Source: Limisphaerales bacterium
GTDB lineage: Bacteria > Verrucomicrobiota > Verrucomicrobiia > Limisphaerales > SIBE01
DNA: 64,000 nucleotides
Assembly (NCBI GenBank): GCA_044225505.1
Contig: JBGAIN010000002.1
Coordinates: forward strand, 62,001-126,000
Direction: 5' to 3'
The notes beneath the pieces are model-generated. The model had not been told where the DNA came from. It made no database searches and saw only the letters and a program-made list of their open reading frames with translations. Positions 38,828-48,714 of this stretch are shown here, in pieces. Each line of letters begins with the position of its first letter. The stretch's first letter is position 1. Made by a program: the position numbers and the translations under genes.

Positions 38828-40189
38828 TTAACTCAACGACCAGCCTTCGCGATATTCCCGGCGCAAGAATTGGTTGGCTTCGTCGCAGTTCGGAAATCGG
38901 AATGTTTCGGAATCCCAGAGCAGTTTCCGTCGGGTCAATTCTTTACGCAATTGGACGCGCAACGCCACATTCCCCAGCAAAACCGTCTCCGCCAAAGGTC
39001 CGGCCCAGTCAAAGTTGGACCCTCCAGGCTGACCGCCTTTGCAGGCTTCAATCCATTCTTTGTAATGTCCAATCGAGCGCGGAATGGTTTTAGGCACCTC
39101 CGCTAGCGCTTGGCGCGTATTTTCGGGAATGATCTTGTTGCCGAGGATTTTGCCATTGTCCCCCACGAGAAGGCGGCCATTGTCTCCCATCAATTGATCA
39201 TCTTCCAACTCGCCTGGCCGCGGGGGCCGAAGACCGCCGTCGTACCAGGTGAGCTTGACTGGAGGCATGTTCCCTCGGGCGGGAAATTGATAGGTTACCA
39301 TCGACCCTTGAGGGTAAGTCTCTTCATTGACCCGGGTGGAACTGGCCTGAATGCTCAAGGGCGGTCCGAGCTTGAGCGCGCGAAACACCGGATCAAACGC
39401 ATGGCATCCAATGTCTCCCAAAGCACCCGTCCCGAAATCCCACCAGCCACGCCAGCGAAAAGGCAAGTAAGCGGAATGATACGGCCGGAAGGGCGCTGGG
39501 CCCAGCCAGAGGTCCCAATCCAACGTTGGCGGGACAGGCATGGCTTCCTTGGGCCGCGCCACGCCCTGGGCCCAGTACTCGTTGAAAAGTCCGTTCGACG
39601 GGCGATCCGTCCAGATGTGCGCCTCGCGAATCGGCCCGACCACTCCGGCCCAAACCAACTCGCACAACCGACGTGTTTCTTCGGAAGCTTGCCCCTGATT
39701 GCCCATTTGGGTCGCCACCTTATGCTCTCGGGCCGCCTTCGCCAGTTGTCGAGCCTCCCACACCGAATGGGTTAAGGGCTTCTCACAATACACGTGCTTG
39801 CCCAACTTGATCGCGGCCATGGAAGCAAAGGCGTGCAAATGATCTGGAGTTCCGACCACCACAGCATCGATGCCCTTTTCCTCGTCCAACATCTTCCGAA
39901 AATCTTTATGTTGGCTCGCTTTCGGATACTTCTTGAAAATCCCGGCCGCATGCGACCAGTCCACGTCGCAGAGCGCAACGATATTCTCGCTTTCCATTTG
40001 CCCTAAGTCCGCGCCCCCCTGTCCTCCAATACCAATCCCGGCGATATTCAAGCGTTCGCTGGGAGCCGTCACCCCGTTGAGCCCGAGAACCGATCCTGGC
40101 ACCACCTGAAACGCGGCGGCAGCGAGGGCGGTTCGGGTCAGGAATTGACGGCGCGATAGACTTGTCGGAGGTGTGGGAGTTGGATTCAT
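38828..40189 (-). CDS. Gfo/Idh/MocA oxidoreductase, Tat signal
   Basis: SRRQFL, IGIGGQG, GTPDHLH, YCEKPL, WRGWWDFGTGALGDIGCH. Confidence 0.92.
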   Translation of the reverse strand: MNPTPTPPTSLSRRQFLTRTALAAAAFQVVPGSVLGLNGVTAPSERLNIAGIGIGGQGGADLGQMESENIVALCDVDWSHAAGIFKKYPKASQHKDFRKMLDEEKGIDAVVVGTPDHLHAFASMAAIKLGKHVYCEKPLTHSVWEARQLAKAAREHKVATQMGNQGQASEETRRLCELVWAGVVGPIREAHIWTDRPSNGLFNEYWAQGVARPKEAMPVPPTLDWDLWLGPAPFRPYHSAYLPFRWRGWWDFGTGALGDIGCHAFDPVFRALKLGPPLSIQASSTRVNEETYPQGSMVTYQFPARGNMPPVKLTWYDGGLRPPRPGELEDDQLMGDNGRLLVGDNGKILGNKIIPENTRQALAEVPKTIPRSIGHYKEWIEACKGGQPGGSNFDWAGPLAETVLLGNVALRVQLRKELTRRKLLWDSETFRFPNCDEANQFLRREYREGWSLS

Positions 40190-40365
40190 GGGAAGTTCAA
40201 AGCTCGTGGGTCATCGTCAAGATATGCTGAATCTTACATCATGGGCCTGCAAGGTTCGATTTCAGCTTCGACGACTATCGCGCGCATTGATTCAGGTCAA
40301 CGGGCCTGGTGATGTGTCCGCGCGTCGTCTCTCGTTGAGAAACGCCCCCGGGATGCACCCTGCCC

Positions 40366-40659
40366 CTAACGCTGGGCCATCCATCGTTGGTGACGAAGTC
40401 GCTCGCTGCGCAAGATCAGTTCGATCCGCCGGGCGTCCCGGTCGGCAAAAAGCAAATGCTCCGGCAAGGGTTCACCGCACACGCCACAGAGTCGGTGCCG
40501 CCTGGAATAGACGATGGATCGACAGCAAGGACAGTGGCCCGGAGGCTGTTTTGTCGGGCTCTCGCGGGTCCATCCCGGAGCGCGCAACAGCGGAATACGT
40601 TCCGATACCGCGGCATCCAAGTGCACATCCCATTCAGTGTTGAAACGTGTTCCACTCAT
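40366..40659 (-). CDS. Small hypothetical protein with CxxC...CxxC zinc-ribbon
   Basis: CPCCRSIVYSRRHRLCGVCGEPLP; GAGG upstream of ATG. Confidence 0.65.
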   Translation of the reverse strand: MSGTRFNTEWDVHLDAAVSERIPLLRAPGWTRESPTKQPPGHCPCCRSIVYSRRHRLCGVCGEPLPEHLLFADRDARRIELILRSERLRHQRWMAQR

Positions 40660-40679
40660 AATCGTCCTCTCCCCCGTTT

Positions 40680-40706
40680 AACGCACGAGAAGGCCGGAAG
40701 GTTTCA
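40680..40706 (-). promoter_or_regulatory. Candidate ECF-sigma promoter for the zinc-ribbon gene
   Basis: Minus strand TGAAAC-N17-CGTT, 20 nt upstream of the ATG. Confidence 0.35.
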
Positions 40707-41287
40707 TTACATTTCTGTAACAGAGCCGCGTTTGCGCCGGGTTTGTGCGGTGGACTTTGGAGGGCTTTTGACGTTGAGCGCTTCGTCCCGGCGCACTGCA
40801 ATGGCGCGGCTCAAAACTCAGATTTTATGCCACAATTTCGGCGCCGTCGAGAGCGGCACCTCGATGGCGACTCCCGATGTGACTGGGTGCTGGCTTTGAT
40901 CAAAGCTCTGTTTCCACAGGACAGTTATAGCCGCCTCCTCCAACGCGTCGACACCGGTGTCACTCCAGTCGCCTCACTCAGCGGCCAATGCGTGGCGACC
41001 AGACGCCCTCGGCCTTCTAGGTGCTTTGGGAATTCCCGCGCCCCCCGTCCTCAAGCCGGCGCGCCTTGCCTTTTCTGATCCCGCCGCGCCCGTCGGCACG
41101 CAACGTTTCTGTCGGGCGCGTTTCATCCCGGCATGATAATCGAATCATCTGCGTTTGAAGACGCATCACTCTGGCCGTTTGCGCCCAAGCCGTCATTCCT
41201 GACTTCGACCTACCCACGGGATGCCGTGAGAGATTGGTTGCAATCCCAGTAAGCTTGCTAAAACCTTCAGGCTGACCCACAGCTCTT

Positions 41288-42259
41288 CTGGCGATTGGGT
41301 GCCTCGGCTTTTTCGCAGGCTGGGCTGGCTGCGGAGGGAAGCCTGAGGCCAGTCGCCCTCGCGTCGCCCTCATCATGAAATCGTTGGCCAACGAGTTCTT
41401 CCTCACTATGGAAAATGGCGGGCGCGCCCACCAGAAAGCTCACGCGGATCAATACGAACTGCTGGCCAATGGTATCAAAGACGAGCTGGACGTCGCGCGC
41501 CAGATCGACATTGTCGAGGGGATGATCGGGCAAAAGGTGAACGCCATCGTCATCGCACCCGCGGACTCCAAGGCGCTCGTGGCCGTTTGCCAAAAGGCTG
41601 TCGCTGCTGGCATCCCAGTCGTTAACATTGATAACAAATTTGACGCCGCCGTCCTGGCGGATAAAAAAGTCCAGCTTCCCTTTGTCGGTCCGGATAACCG
41701 CAAGGGCGCGAAGCTCGTGGGTGAATATCTAGCGCGCCGCTTGAAACCCGGAGATCCCGTCGCAATTATCGAAGGAGCCCCAAACGCATTTAACGCTGTG
41801 CAGCGCAAACTTGGATTTGAAGATGCACTGAATGCCGCGGGCCTGAAAATCGTCAGTTCTCAATCTGGCTACTGGGAAACAGACAAAGCCAACGCGGTTG
41901 TTGGAGCTTTAATCACGGAGCACCCGGAATTGAAAGCGGTTCTGTGCTCAAATGACAGTATGGCCTTGGGCGCTGTCGCCGCGTTGCGCAGTGCTGGCAA
42001 GGCCGATCAGGTCCTCGTCGCTGGATACGACAATATTTCCGCCGTGCAGCAGTTGCTTAAGGAAGGCCGAATTCTAGCCACGGCGGATCAGCACGCAGAT
42101 CAACTCGCCGCCTTCGGTATTGAGTATGCGCTGGAAATGCTCCAAAAGGGAGTCACGCCAACGGACCGAGAAACGCCCGTTGATTTGATCACTGCAGAAA
42201 CCGTCGCCAACAATGCGAATGCCAAATCCGCTCCAGCGGATGGAAGCCAAAAAAAGTAG
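41288..42259 (+). CDS. Sugar ABC transporter substrate-binding lipoprotein (RbsB-like); start uncertain
   Basis: VALIMKSLANEFF, AIVIAPADS, GIPVVNIDN, FVGPDN, NDSMALGA, GYDN. Lipobox-like LLAIGCLGFFAGWAG-C lies upstream of ATG 41375; in-frame TGA at 41273. Confidence 0.88.
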   Translation: MAIGCLGFFAGWAGCGGKPEASRPRVALIMKSLANEFFLTMENGGRAHQKAHADQYELLANGIKDELDVARQIDIVEGMIGQKVNAIVIAPADSKALVAVCQKAVAAGIPVVNIDNKFDAAVLADKKVQLPFVGPDNRKGAKLVGEYLARRLKPGDPVAIIEGAPNAFNAVQRKLGFEDALNAAGLKIVSSQSGYWETDKANAVVGALITEHPELKAVLCSNDSMALGAVAALRSAGKADQVLVAGYDNISAVQQLLKEGRILATADQHADQLAAFGIEYALEMLQKGVTPTDRETPVDLITAETVANNANAKSAPADGSQKK

Positions 42260-42541
42260 AGGATTAGCCAAGTGATGGCGGGACAGCGTTTCCGGCCGGG
42301 CTAAGCTCCGTGGGGATGGGTATCGTGATGTTCTGGCGCGAACGGAGCAAAATGGCCCGCGCTGGTTGAACTGCCTGACGCGACCGCGCGAAAGCACAGG
42401 GCGCGTGCCCTAACCGGGAGCTGCTGCCGGCGCAGGGATCCGGAACAAAATGGCTCGATCAATAACGCCGGGCCAGATAGATAGAGATTGTAGTTTCGTG
42501 AGAGATCAGTAACTAGAAGCAATCCGACTCACCTAGAAGAT

Positions 42542-43885
42542 ATGAATCCATCAAACCAAAACTCCCGTTCCTCCAACAGAAAACCTGTCGCGGCGACAGT
42601 TCCTCCGGAAACCTCGCTCGCGGTGGCTGGCACCGTGGCCGCCGCCAACTTCCCCGCCATCCTGCATGGGCAGGAAAAGGCCGCGATTAACGCCGTGATC
42701 ATCGGCGTCGGCGGTCGAGGGGCTGGAGCAGGCAAAGACTTTCTCGAAGCCTCCAAGATTGTCGGGATAGACGGAAAGATCGTCGCCGTAGCCGACATTT
42801 TCGCTGATCAAGCCAAACGTGCGAATCAGGAATTCGGCGTGGCGGAGGAGAAGTGTTTTAGCGGCTTTGATTCGTATCTCAAAGCGATCAATGAACCGGG
42901 CGTTAATTATGTGATTGTCGCAACGCCTCCTGGGTTTAAGCCGTCGCAGGTCAAAGCGGCCATCGACGCGGGCAAGAACGTCTTCACGGAAAAGCCAGTG
43001 GCAACGGACGGTCCCGGCTGCCAAGTGATGTATAAAGCCGGCGATCTCGCCAAGCAGAAAGGCCTGAAGATCGCCGCCGGCACGCAGCGCCGACATCAAG
43101 CCGGATACATCGAGACGATTAAACGTATCCAGGACGGCGCGATCGGCGACATCCTGATGCTGCGAGCGTATTGGGTCAACGGCGGCCCCATCTGGCATCG
43201 CGGAGAACGGGGCAACACCGACTTGGAACGTCAAATCCACAACTGGTATCACTACATCTGGCTGTCTGGAGATCATATCTGCGAACAACACGTCCACAAC
43301 CTCGACGTTTGCAACTGGGTGATGGATGCGCACCCGGTCAAATGCTGGGGCCAAGGCTCCCGCCAGCAACTTGGCAATAAGTCTGGAGAAATCTGGGACA
43401 ACTTCGATGTCGAGTATGATTACCCGAACGGCGTCAAGATGTTCAGCTATTGCGGGCAGATCAAGCGGAGCGGTTCGCCCGGTGTTGACGAGTTTGTCCA
43501 CGGAACCAAAGGAACGGCCAAGCCGAGCGGCAGCATCAGTCCTCGCGATGGACAACGCTGGCGTTCGAACCTCAAGCTGGATAGCGGCAATCCCTACGTG
43601 CAAGAGCATGTCGACCTTATCCGCGCCATCCTCAAGAATTCCGATTTGAACGAAGCCAAGACCGTCACGGACAGCACGCTGACAGCCATCATGGGTCGCG
43701 AAGCGGCTTACAGCGGCGGTTGGGTCGAGTGGGATGACGTGCTGAATTCCAAGTTCCAATACGGCCCGGCAGACGTTTACGAAAACTCGGCCAAGATGTC
43801 GTTCGGAGATTTCCGAACCCTCAAACCGCCGATGCCGAGTTTGCACGATATTTTGAAGGACCCGCCGATGGTCCAAAAGGCCTGA
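42542..43885 (+). CDS. Gfo/Idh/MocA oxidoreductase
   Basis: IGVGGRGAGA, ATPPGF, EKPVATD, GTQRRH, WLSGDHICEQHVHNLDV. The Tat motif is present in the +1 frame. Confidence 0.9.
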   Translation: MNPSNQNSRSSNRKPVAATVPPETSLAVAGTVAAANFPAILHGQEKAAINAVIIGVGGRGAGAGKDFLEASKIVGIDGKIVAVADIFADQAKRANQEFGVAEEKCFSGFDSYLKAINEPGVNYVIVATPPGFKPSQVKAAIDAGKNVFTEKPVATDGPGCQVMYKAGDLAKQKGLKIAAGTQRRHQAGYIETIKRIQDGAIGDILMLRAYWVNGGPIWHRGERGNTDLERQIHNWYHYIWLSGDHICEQHVHNLDVCNWVMDAHPVKCWGQGSRQQLGNKSGEIWDNFDVEYDYPNGVKMFSYCGQIKRSGSPGVDEFVHGTKGTAKPSGSISPRDGQRWRSNLKLDSGNPYVQEHVDLIRAILKNSDLNEAKTVTDSTLTAIMGREAAYSGGWVEWDDVLNSKFQYGPADVYENSAKMSFGDFRTLKPPMPSLHDILKDPPMVQKA

Positions 43886-43925
43886 CCACGCTCCTCGTGG
43901 ACTGAGCTGTAGATATTAGTATTCA

Positions 43926-43968
43926 GCCGCTGGCAGCCCCCAGTCTCTGGGCCGAGGTTGCCAGCGGC
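43926..43968 (+). terminator. GC-rich hairpin after the oxidoreductase gene (terminator or stabiliser)
   Basis: GCCGCTGGCAGCC / GGTTGCCAGCGGC 13-bp stem with one G-U pair; no U tract. Confidence 0.35.
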
Positions 43969-44111
43969 CTAGCGGCAGTCTACTATTGCCGCTTCTCAAA
44001 ATGCTGGCCTCCGAAGCCAGCCCTGGCGGGTCCGAGACCGAACGCTGAGAGCGTGGTGACACTTTCGCAAAGCAAGTTCGCCTGAAACCTCAGTGAAACG
44101 CTCGATGACCC

Positions 44112-45497
44112 ATGAAATGCCAAATCACCCGCCGCCACTTCGTTCGTCGCAACCTGAGTGCCGTCATCGCCAGCACTCTCTTTCCCGCCGTCGTTCCCGC
44201 AACCGTTTTCGGTAAAGAAGGAACCCCTGCGCCCGGGGATCGTATCGGTCTCGGCTGCATCGGCGTCGGCCCCCAAGGCCGCGGAGATATGGGCGCTTTT
44301 CTCGCCCAGAACGACACCCGCGTCCTCGCCGTTTGCGACGTGGCGAAAACCAACCTCGAGCTCGCTCGGCAACAAGTTAATCAGAAATACCAAAACGCGG
44401 ATTGCGCCTCTTTCCACGATTACCGCGAACTCCTGCAACGCCAGGATATTGACGCCGTTTTGATCGCCACACCTGACCATTGGCATGTCCCCGTAGCACT
44501 TGCAGCCATTCGCGCAGGCAAAGATGTTTATCTCGAAAAACCCATGGGCTTATCCCTGGCCGAGGATCAACTCCTTCGGCGTACCGTGCAACAGCGACAG
44601 CGTGTCTTTCAGTTCGGCACCCAGCAACGTTCCAGCAAAGAATTCCGCCAAGCCTGCGAACTGGTCCGGAACGGCCGGATTGGAAAACTTCAATCCATTA
44701 ATGTTTGGTGTTCCGCAAGCCGTCCAGGAGGCTCAACCCAGCCCGCCACTATCCCGGATGGCCTCGATTATGATCGTTGGCTGGGACCCGCGCCCGCAAC
44801 TCCGTATACCGTCGGCAAGTGCTTTGATGTTTCTGTCCCCGGGGCCTGGAAGACCTGGTGGTTCAACTACGATTACGCGCTCGGGTTTATTGCCGGTTGG
44901 GGAGTGCATCCGCTCGACATTGCCTATTGGGGTCATCCGAAATTGATGGATGGCCCGCTGAGTATCGAAGGAACTGCGATCATTCCCACCGAGGGAGCGT
45001 GCAACACGGGCATTGCCTGGGATGTGCGGTTTAAGTCTAGCGACGGCGTGACGCTCCAGTACCGCGGAACTCGCAATAACTTCGACACCGTAAACCCCAT
45101 GAACGACATGACGGCGTGGGAACAACGCTACGGGCAAATCCCCGATCACGGCACCGCGTTTGAAGGCACAGACGGGTGGGTCGTCGTTTATCGAGGCGGT
45201 GTTCGGACATCGCCCGCAAAACTCATTGAGGAACCGCTCGCATCGCCCACTGTGCGCCTCATCTCCAGCTCAAATCATGCGCGCAATTTCCTCGACGCAA
45301 TCCGAAGCCGCGGCACCACTGTCTGCCCAATCGAAGACGCCGTTCAAGCAGATTTGCTTTGCCATCTCAGCGATATTGCGTCCCGGCTCGGTCGCAAGCT
45401 CACCTGGGACCCTGCCCAGGAGCGATTCGTCAACGACGAAGCCGCCAACCAAAAGCTCGGTCTCCGGCCATTGCGCAAAGGCTGGGAAGTCCTCTGA
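44112..45497 (+). CDS. Gfo/Idh/MocA oxidoreductase, Tat signal
   Basis: TRRHFV, IGVGPQG, ATPDHWH, YLEKP, GTQQRS, WLGPAP, GWGVHPLD. Confidence 0.92.
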   Translation: MKCQITRRHFVRRNLSAVIASTLFPAVVPATVFGKEGTPAPGDRIGLGCIGVGPQGRGDMGAFLAQNDTRVLAVCDVAKTNLELARQQVNQKYQNADCASFHDYRELLQRQDIDAVLIATPDHWHVPVALAAIRAGKDVYLEKPMGLSLAEDQLLRRTVQQRQRVFQFGTQQRSSKEFRQACELVRNGRIGKLQSINVWCSASRPGGSTQPATIPDGLDYDRWLGPAPATPYTVGKCFDVSVPGAWKTWWFNYDYALGFIAGWGVHPLDIAYWGHPKLMDGPLSIEGTAIIPTEGACNTGIAWDVRFKSSDGVTLQYRGTRNNFDTVNPMNDMTAWEQRYGQIPDHGTAFEGTDGWVVVYRGGVRTSPAKLIEEPLASPTVRLISSSNHARNFLDAIRSRGTTVCPIEDAVQADLLCHLSDIASRLGRKLTWDPAQERFVNDEAANQKLGLRPLRKGWEVL

Positions 45498-45533
45498 ACA
45501 AAATTGTAAGCCTGAACCTTCTGCCAAAATCCT

Positions 45534-46913
45534 ATGCACCATTCAGCCCCCCAATCGTCCATCCTAAACAAGAACGTTTCTCGCCGAACCTTCCTGCGAA
45601 ACTCTTCGCTCGCAGCCGCGGGGGCGGCCACCGCCTCCGAACTGCCCTTCGTTCTCACAACTCATGCCACGCCAGACGATCCCATTCGCATCGGCCTGAT
45701 CGGTTGTGGCGGTCGCGGAACCGGCGCGGTTTTGGACGCCCTGGGCGCTGCCACGAAAGTCATTTACCCCCAAGCAGGGTATCATACGGAAGATGTTGCC
45801 GAAGGTGCAGTGGTGGAACGAAAAGACATTCAAGTAGTCGCACTCTGCGACGTCTTCCCCGACCGGCTAAACACCTGCCGCCAACAACTCAAGAAGCTGG
45901 GGATACAAATCGCCGACGAGATGTGTTTCACAGGTTTCGACGGCTATCAAAAGCTTTTGGGCGTGCCCGAAATCAACTACGTGATCCAAGCGACTCCCCC
46001 TCATTTTCGCCCGCAGCACTTGCTTGCCGCAATTAAAGCGGGCAAGAACGTTTTCATTGAGAAACCAGCTGCGGTGGATGGACCGGGCGTTCGACTGATC
46101 CTCGAGGCTGGACAGTTGGCCAAACAGAAAAACCTGGGAATCGTCGCGGGAACCCAGCGCCGGCATCGCAAGAGCTACGTGGAAACGATCAAACGGCTGC
46201 AGGATGGAGCTATCGGAGAACTTCTGGTGGCGCGAGCTTACTGGAATGGCGGCGTCATTTGGGTTGTGGAGCGGCAGCCTGGCTGGAGCGATATGGAATG
46301 GCAGCTACGTAACTGGAATTACTTCACCTGGATTGGCGGCGATCACATCGTGGAGCAACATGTTCATAACCTCGATGTCATCAACTGGGCCTTGGGAGCA
46401 CACCCTCTCAAAGCCTACGGCATGGGAGGGCGCCAAGCTCGTCAGCATCCGATTCACGGACATATTTACGATCACTTTGCCATTGAGTTCGAATACCCAA
46501 ACGGCGTCCGCATGTTCAGTCAATGCCGTCAAATGCATGGGATTGAAGGACGTGTGGGAGAAGGTTTCGTGGGCACCAAGGGCACAGCCTGGCTATCCGA
46601 CGGAAACAATCTCGTTCTTCCTAAAGGAGGGTCGACCTTCCGCACGCGCAGCTCCGACGACACAAACCCGTACCATCAGGAACACCAGGACCTCATCGCG
46701 AGCATTCGCGCCGGCCAACCCTTGAATGTCGCTCAGGCAGTCGCAGAAACCACGCTCACAGGGATCATGGGACGCGAAGCCGCTTATAGCGGTCAAACGA
46801 TTGAATGGGACGACGCCCTGAACTCCAAGACCCGCCTCGGCCCGGAAACCTACGAACTCGGCCCTCTCCCCTTCCCGGCCGTCGCTCAACCCGGACAGTA
46901 CAAGTTCGCGTAG
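45534..46913 (+). CDS. Gfo/Idh/MocA oxidoreductase, Tat signal
   Basis: SRRTFL, IGCGGRGTGA, ATPPHFR, EKPAAVD, GDHIVEQHVHNLDV. Confidence 0.92.
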   Translation: MHHSAPQSSILNKNVSRRTFLRNSSLAAAGAATASELPFVLTTHATPDDPIRIGLIGCGGRGTGAVLDALGAATKVIYPQAGYHTEDVAEGAVVERKDIQVVALCDVFPDRLNTCRQQLKKLGIQIADEMCFTGFDGYQKLLGVPEINYVIQATPPHFRPQHLLAAIKAGKNVFIEKPAAVDGPGVRLILEAGQLAKQKNLGIVAGTQRRHRKSYVETIKRLQDGAIGELLVARAYWNGGVIWVVERQPGWSDMEWQLRNWNYFTWIGGDHIVEQHVHNLDVINWALGAHPLKAYGMGGRQARQHPIHGHIYDHFAIEFEYPNGVRMFSQCRQMHGIEGRVGEGFVGTKGTAWLSDGNNLVLPKGGSTFRTRSSDDTNPYHQEHQDLIASIRAGQPLNVAQAVAETTLTGIMGREAAYSGQTIEWDDALNSKTRLGPETYELGPLPFPAVAQPGQYKFA

Positions 46914-47070
46914 AACGCAGACACGCCCGGGTTAAACGCCCGAAGAATCAGGCCGGAGCGCGACAATTGGCATTGAAGCCGGTCGCGCGATACGCTACCT
47001 GTTTCCCCTCGATGATCGAATAAAGTTCAGTGCCCTGATCGATCAGAGCGCTCAACGTCAGCCCGTCACC

Positions 47071-48273
47071 ATGAACCCTTTGATCTCCTCCCTTCGCCAA
47101 CTTTGGAAACACAATCCCCTGCTGGTTCTGTTCTTTGCCCTGGCCGCTTCCGCCGCCCCGCGTCCCATTGCGTTGACGAACATCACAGAGTTGCCGGACG
47201 GGCGCTTTGCATTCACTAGTTCCGGCCCGTCGAATCAGGTGTTCTCACTTGTGATGACGGGCGCAAGCGGACGATGGCGCACCATCGATTTCACCAATGC
47301 CACCTCGGGCGCCGCCCGTTTCGAGATTGTTCCCGAGCCTTCTTCAGCACGGTTCTACCGCATCCGAGCAACTGAACCGAAGGCCGTAGCCACGCCCACC
47401 AACTACCTTGGGTGGTCGAACAGTATTGTGCTACGCAATGCGACGTCGGAAGCCATCATTGTCCCGGATATTGGCCGAATTATGCAGTTCCGCATGCTGC
47501 TCCTCGAGAACGGGCCATTCTGGGAAAACTCTGTCCTGGCAGGGCGACAACCATCCGCGAACGCTTGGGAAACGACCGGCTCATTCGGCGGCGACAAAGC
47601 CTGGCCCGCTCCGCAATCCGTTTGGGGCTGGCCCCCTCCACGTGGGTTTGACTCCGAACGCTACGTCGGTTCGATCAAGAATCATAGCGTTCTCCTCACT
47701 GGCCCCGTTGACCCGACCTTCGGGATGATCGTGAACCGCAGCATCTCACTCCATCCGGATGAACCGCTCTTGCGTGTCTCCACAACGTTCGAGAAGGTTA
47801 CAGGCTCCAATTCCATGACAGGCATCTGGGTCGTTACCCAAGTCAAGGAGGCGGAACAGATCGTTCTGCCGGTTCCCAAATCCTCGATCTTCGCCAAAGG
47901 CTACCTTCCGTTGGGCCCAATCCCGAAAAACCTTCGCATTACGAACGATCTAATCACCTTGAAACGCAGCACCGAGGCGAGCTGCAAGATCGGAAATGAC
48001 GCCGGTTCCATCTTGTGGGTGGGAACGAATTGCCTGCTCCTGGTCGAATCTCCGCGTCTCCCGCAACTTCCCCAAGATCGCTACCCAGATGGAGGTTGCA
48101 GCGCCGAGGTGTATACCAATCCTAACCCTACCCCCTACATTGAACTGGAACTGCTCGCCCCTTTAACCCGTCTCAGCCAAGGTCAAAGCGCGCAATCGGT
48201 CTCGTTCTATTCGCTCTTTTTAAGGCAGATGGCCGACCCGGTGAGTGAATTCCGAAGCCTCGTTCCGCGCTAA
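47071..48273 (+). CDS. Secreted DUF4380-like (galactose-mutarotase-like fold) protein with an extra N-terminal beta domain
   Basis: Signal peptide; N-domain ending ARFYRIRA; VPDIGRIMQF, FGGDKAWPAPQS.W.WPPP, EVYTN...YIELELLAPL. Confidence 0.6.
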   Translation: MNPLISSLRQLWKHNPLLVLFFALAASAAPRPIALTNITELPDGRFAFTSSGPSNQVFSLVMTGASGRWRTIDFTNATSGAARFEIVPEPSSARFYRIRATEPKAVATPTNYLGWSNSIVLRNATSEAIIVPDIGRIMQFRMLLLENGPFWENSVLAGRQPSANAWETTGSFGGDKAWPAPQSVWGWPPPRGFDSERYVGSIKNHSVLLTGPVDPTFGMIVNRSISLHPDEPLLRVSTTFEKVTGSNSMTGIWVVTQVKEAEQIVLPVPKSSIFAKGYLPLGPIPKNLRITNDLITLKRSTEASCKIGNDAGSILWVGTNCLLLVESPRLPQLPQDRYPDGGCSAEVYTNPNPTPYIELELLAPLTRLSQGQSAQSVSFYSLFLRQMADPVSEFRSLVPR

Positions 48274-48294
48274 TCCGCTCCTCAGTTCGCCCCC

Positions 48295-48603
48295 TTACTC
48301 CGGCCCCGCGTCCGCGATTCGCCTCAGATAATCGAACGAGTAGATGCCGCTCGAATGACCGTCCGCCCATGCGGGCTGCACCGCATACCCGCCCACTGAA
48401 TTCAACTTTCGCAGCTGGAACGCCGCCGGAGTCAACGTAACTTCAGGGCCTTTGTAAAGGTTCCCCATGATGTCCATCTCACCTTTGCATCCCGCGCAAG
48501 GACAATATCGACGCAGAGCTTTCAGCGTCACAAAACTCTCCGCTCCATCCTCCCATTTGATGGCCAATTCCTCACCGATCTGCTGCAAATCTACCGGTCG
48601 CAT
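48295..48603 (-). CDS. DUF971 / GBBH-like N-terminal domain protein
   Basis: LRRYCPCAGC, VGGYAVQPAWADGHSSGIYSFDYL. Confidence 0.88.
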   Translation of the reverse strand: MRPVDLQQIGEELAIKWEDGAESFVTLKALRRYCPCAGCKGEMDIMGNLYKGPEVTLTPAAFQLRKLNSVGGYAVQPAWADGHSSGIYSFDYLRRIADAGPE

Positions 48604-48651
48604 CCGTGCAGCATAAGCGCCGGGAGCAGATTCGCAAACCGGATCGAAGGT

Positions 48652-48707
48652 AAAGATAGGGTTGGCTAACTTTAATAGTTGACACTAAATACTCCTTGCT
48701 CCATCCT
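48652..48707 (+). promoter_or_regulatory. Sigma-70 promoter overlapped by two tandem DtxR/MntR-type operator boxes
   Basis: ATAG-GGTTGG-CTAA (48656-48669) and ATAG-TTGACA-CTAA (48675-48688). -35 TTGACA at 48679-48684, 17-nt spacer, CATCCT at 48702-48707. Confidence 0.6.
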
Positions 48708-48714
48708 CTCTCCA

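Noticed and set aside
42551..43876. 441-aa antisense ORF
   Set aside because: Mirrors a well-supported Gfo/Idh/MocA gene on the opposite strand, which is expected from codon bias in a GC-rich gene; no motifs.
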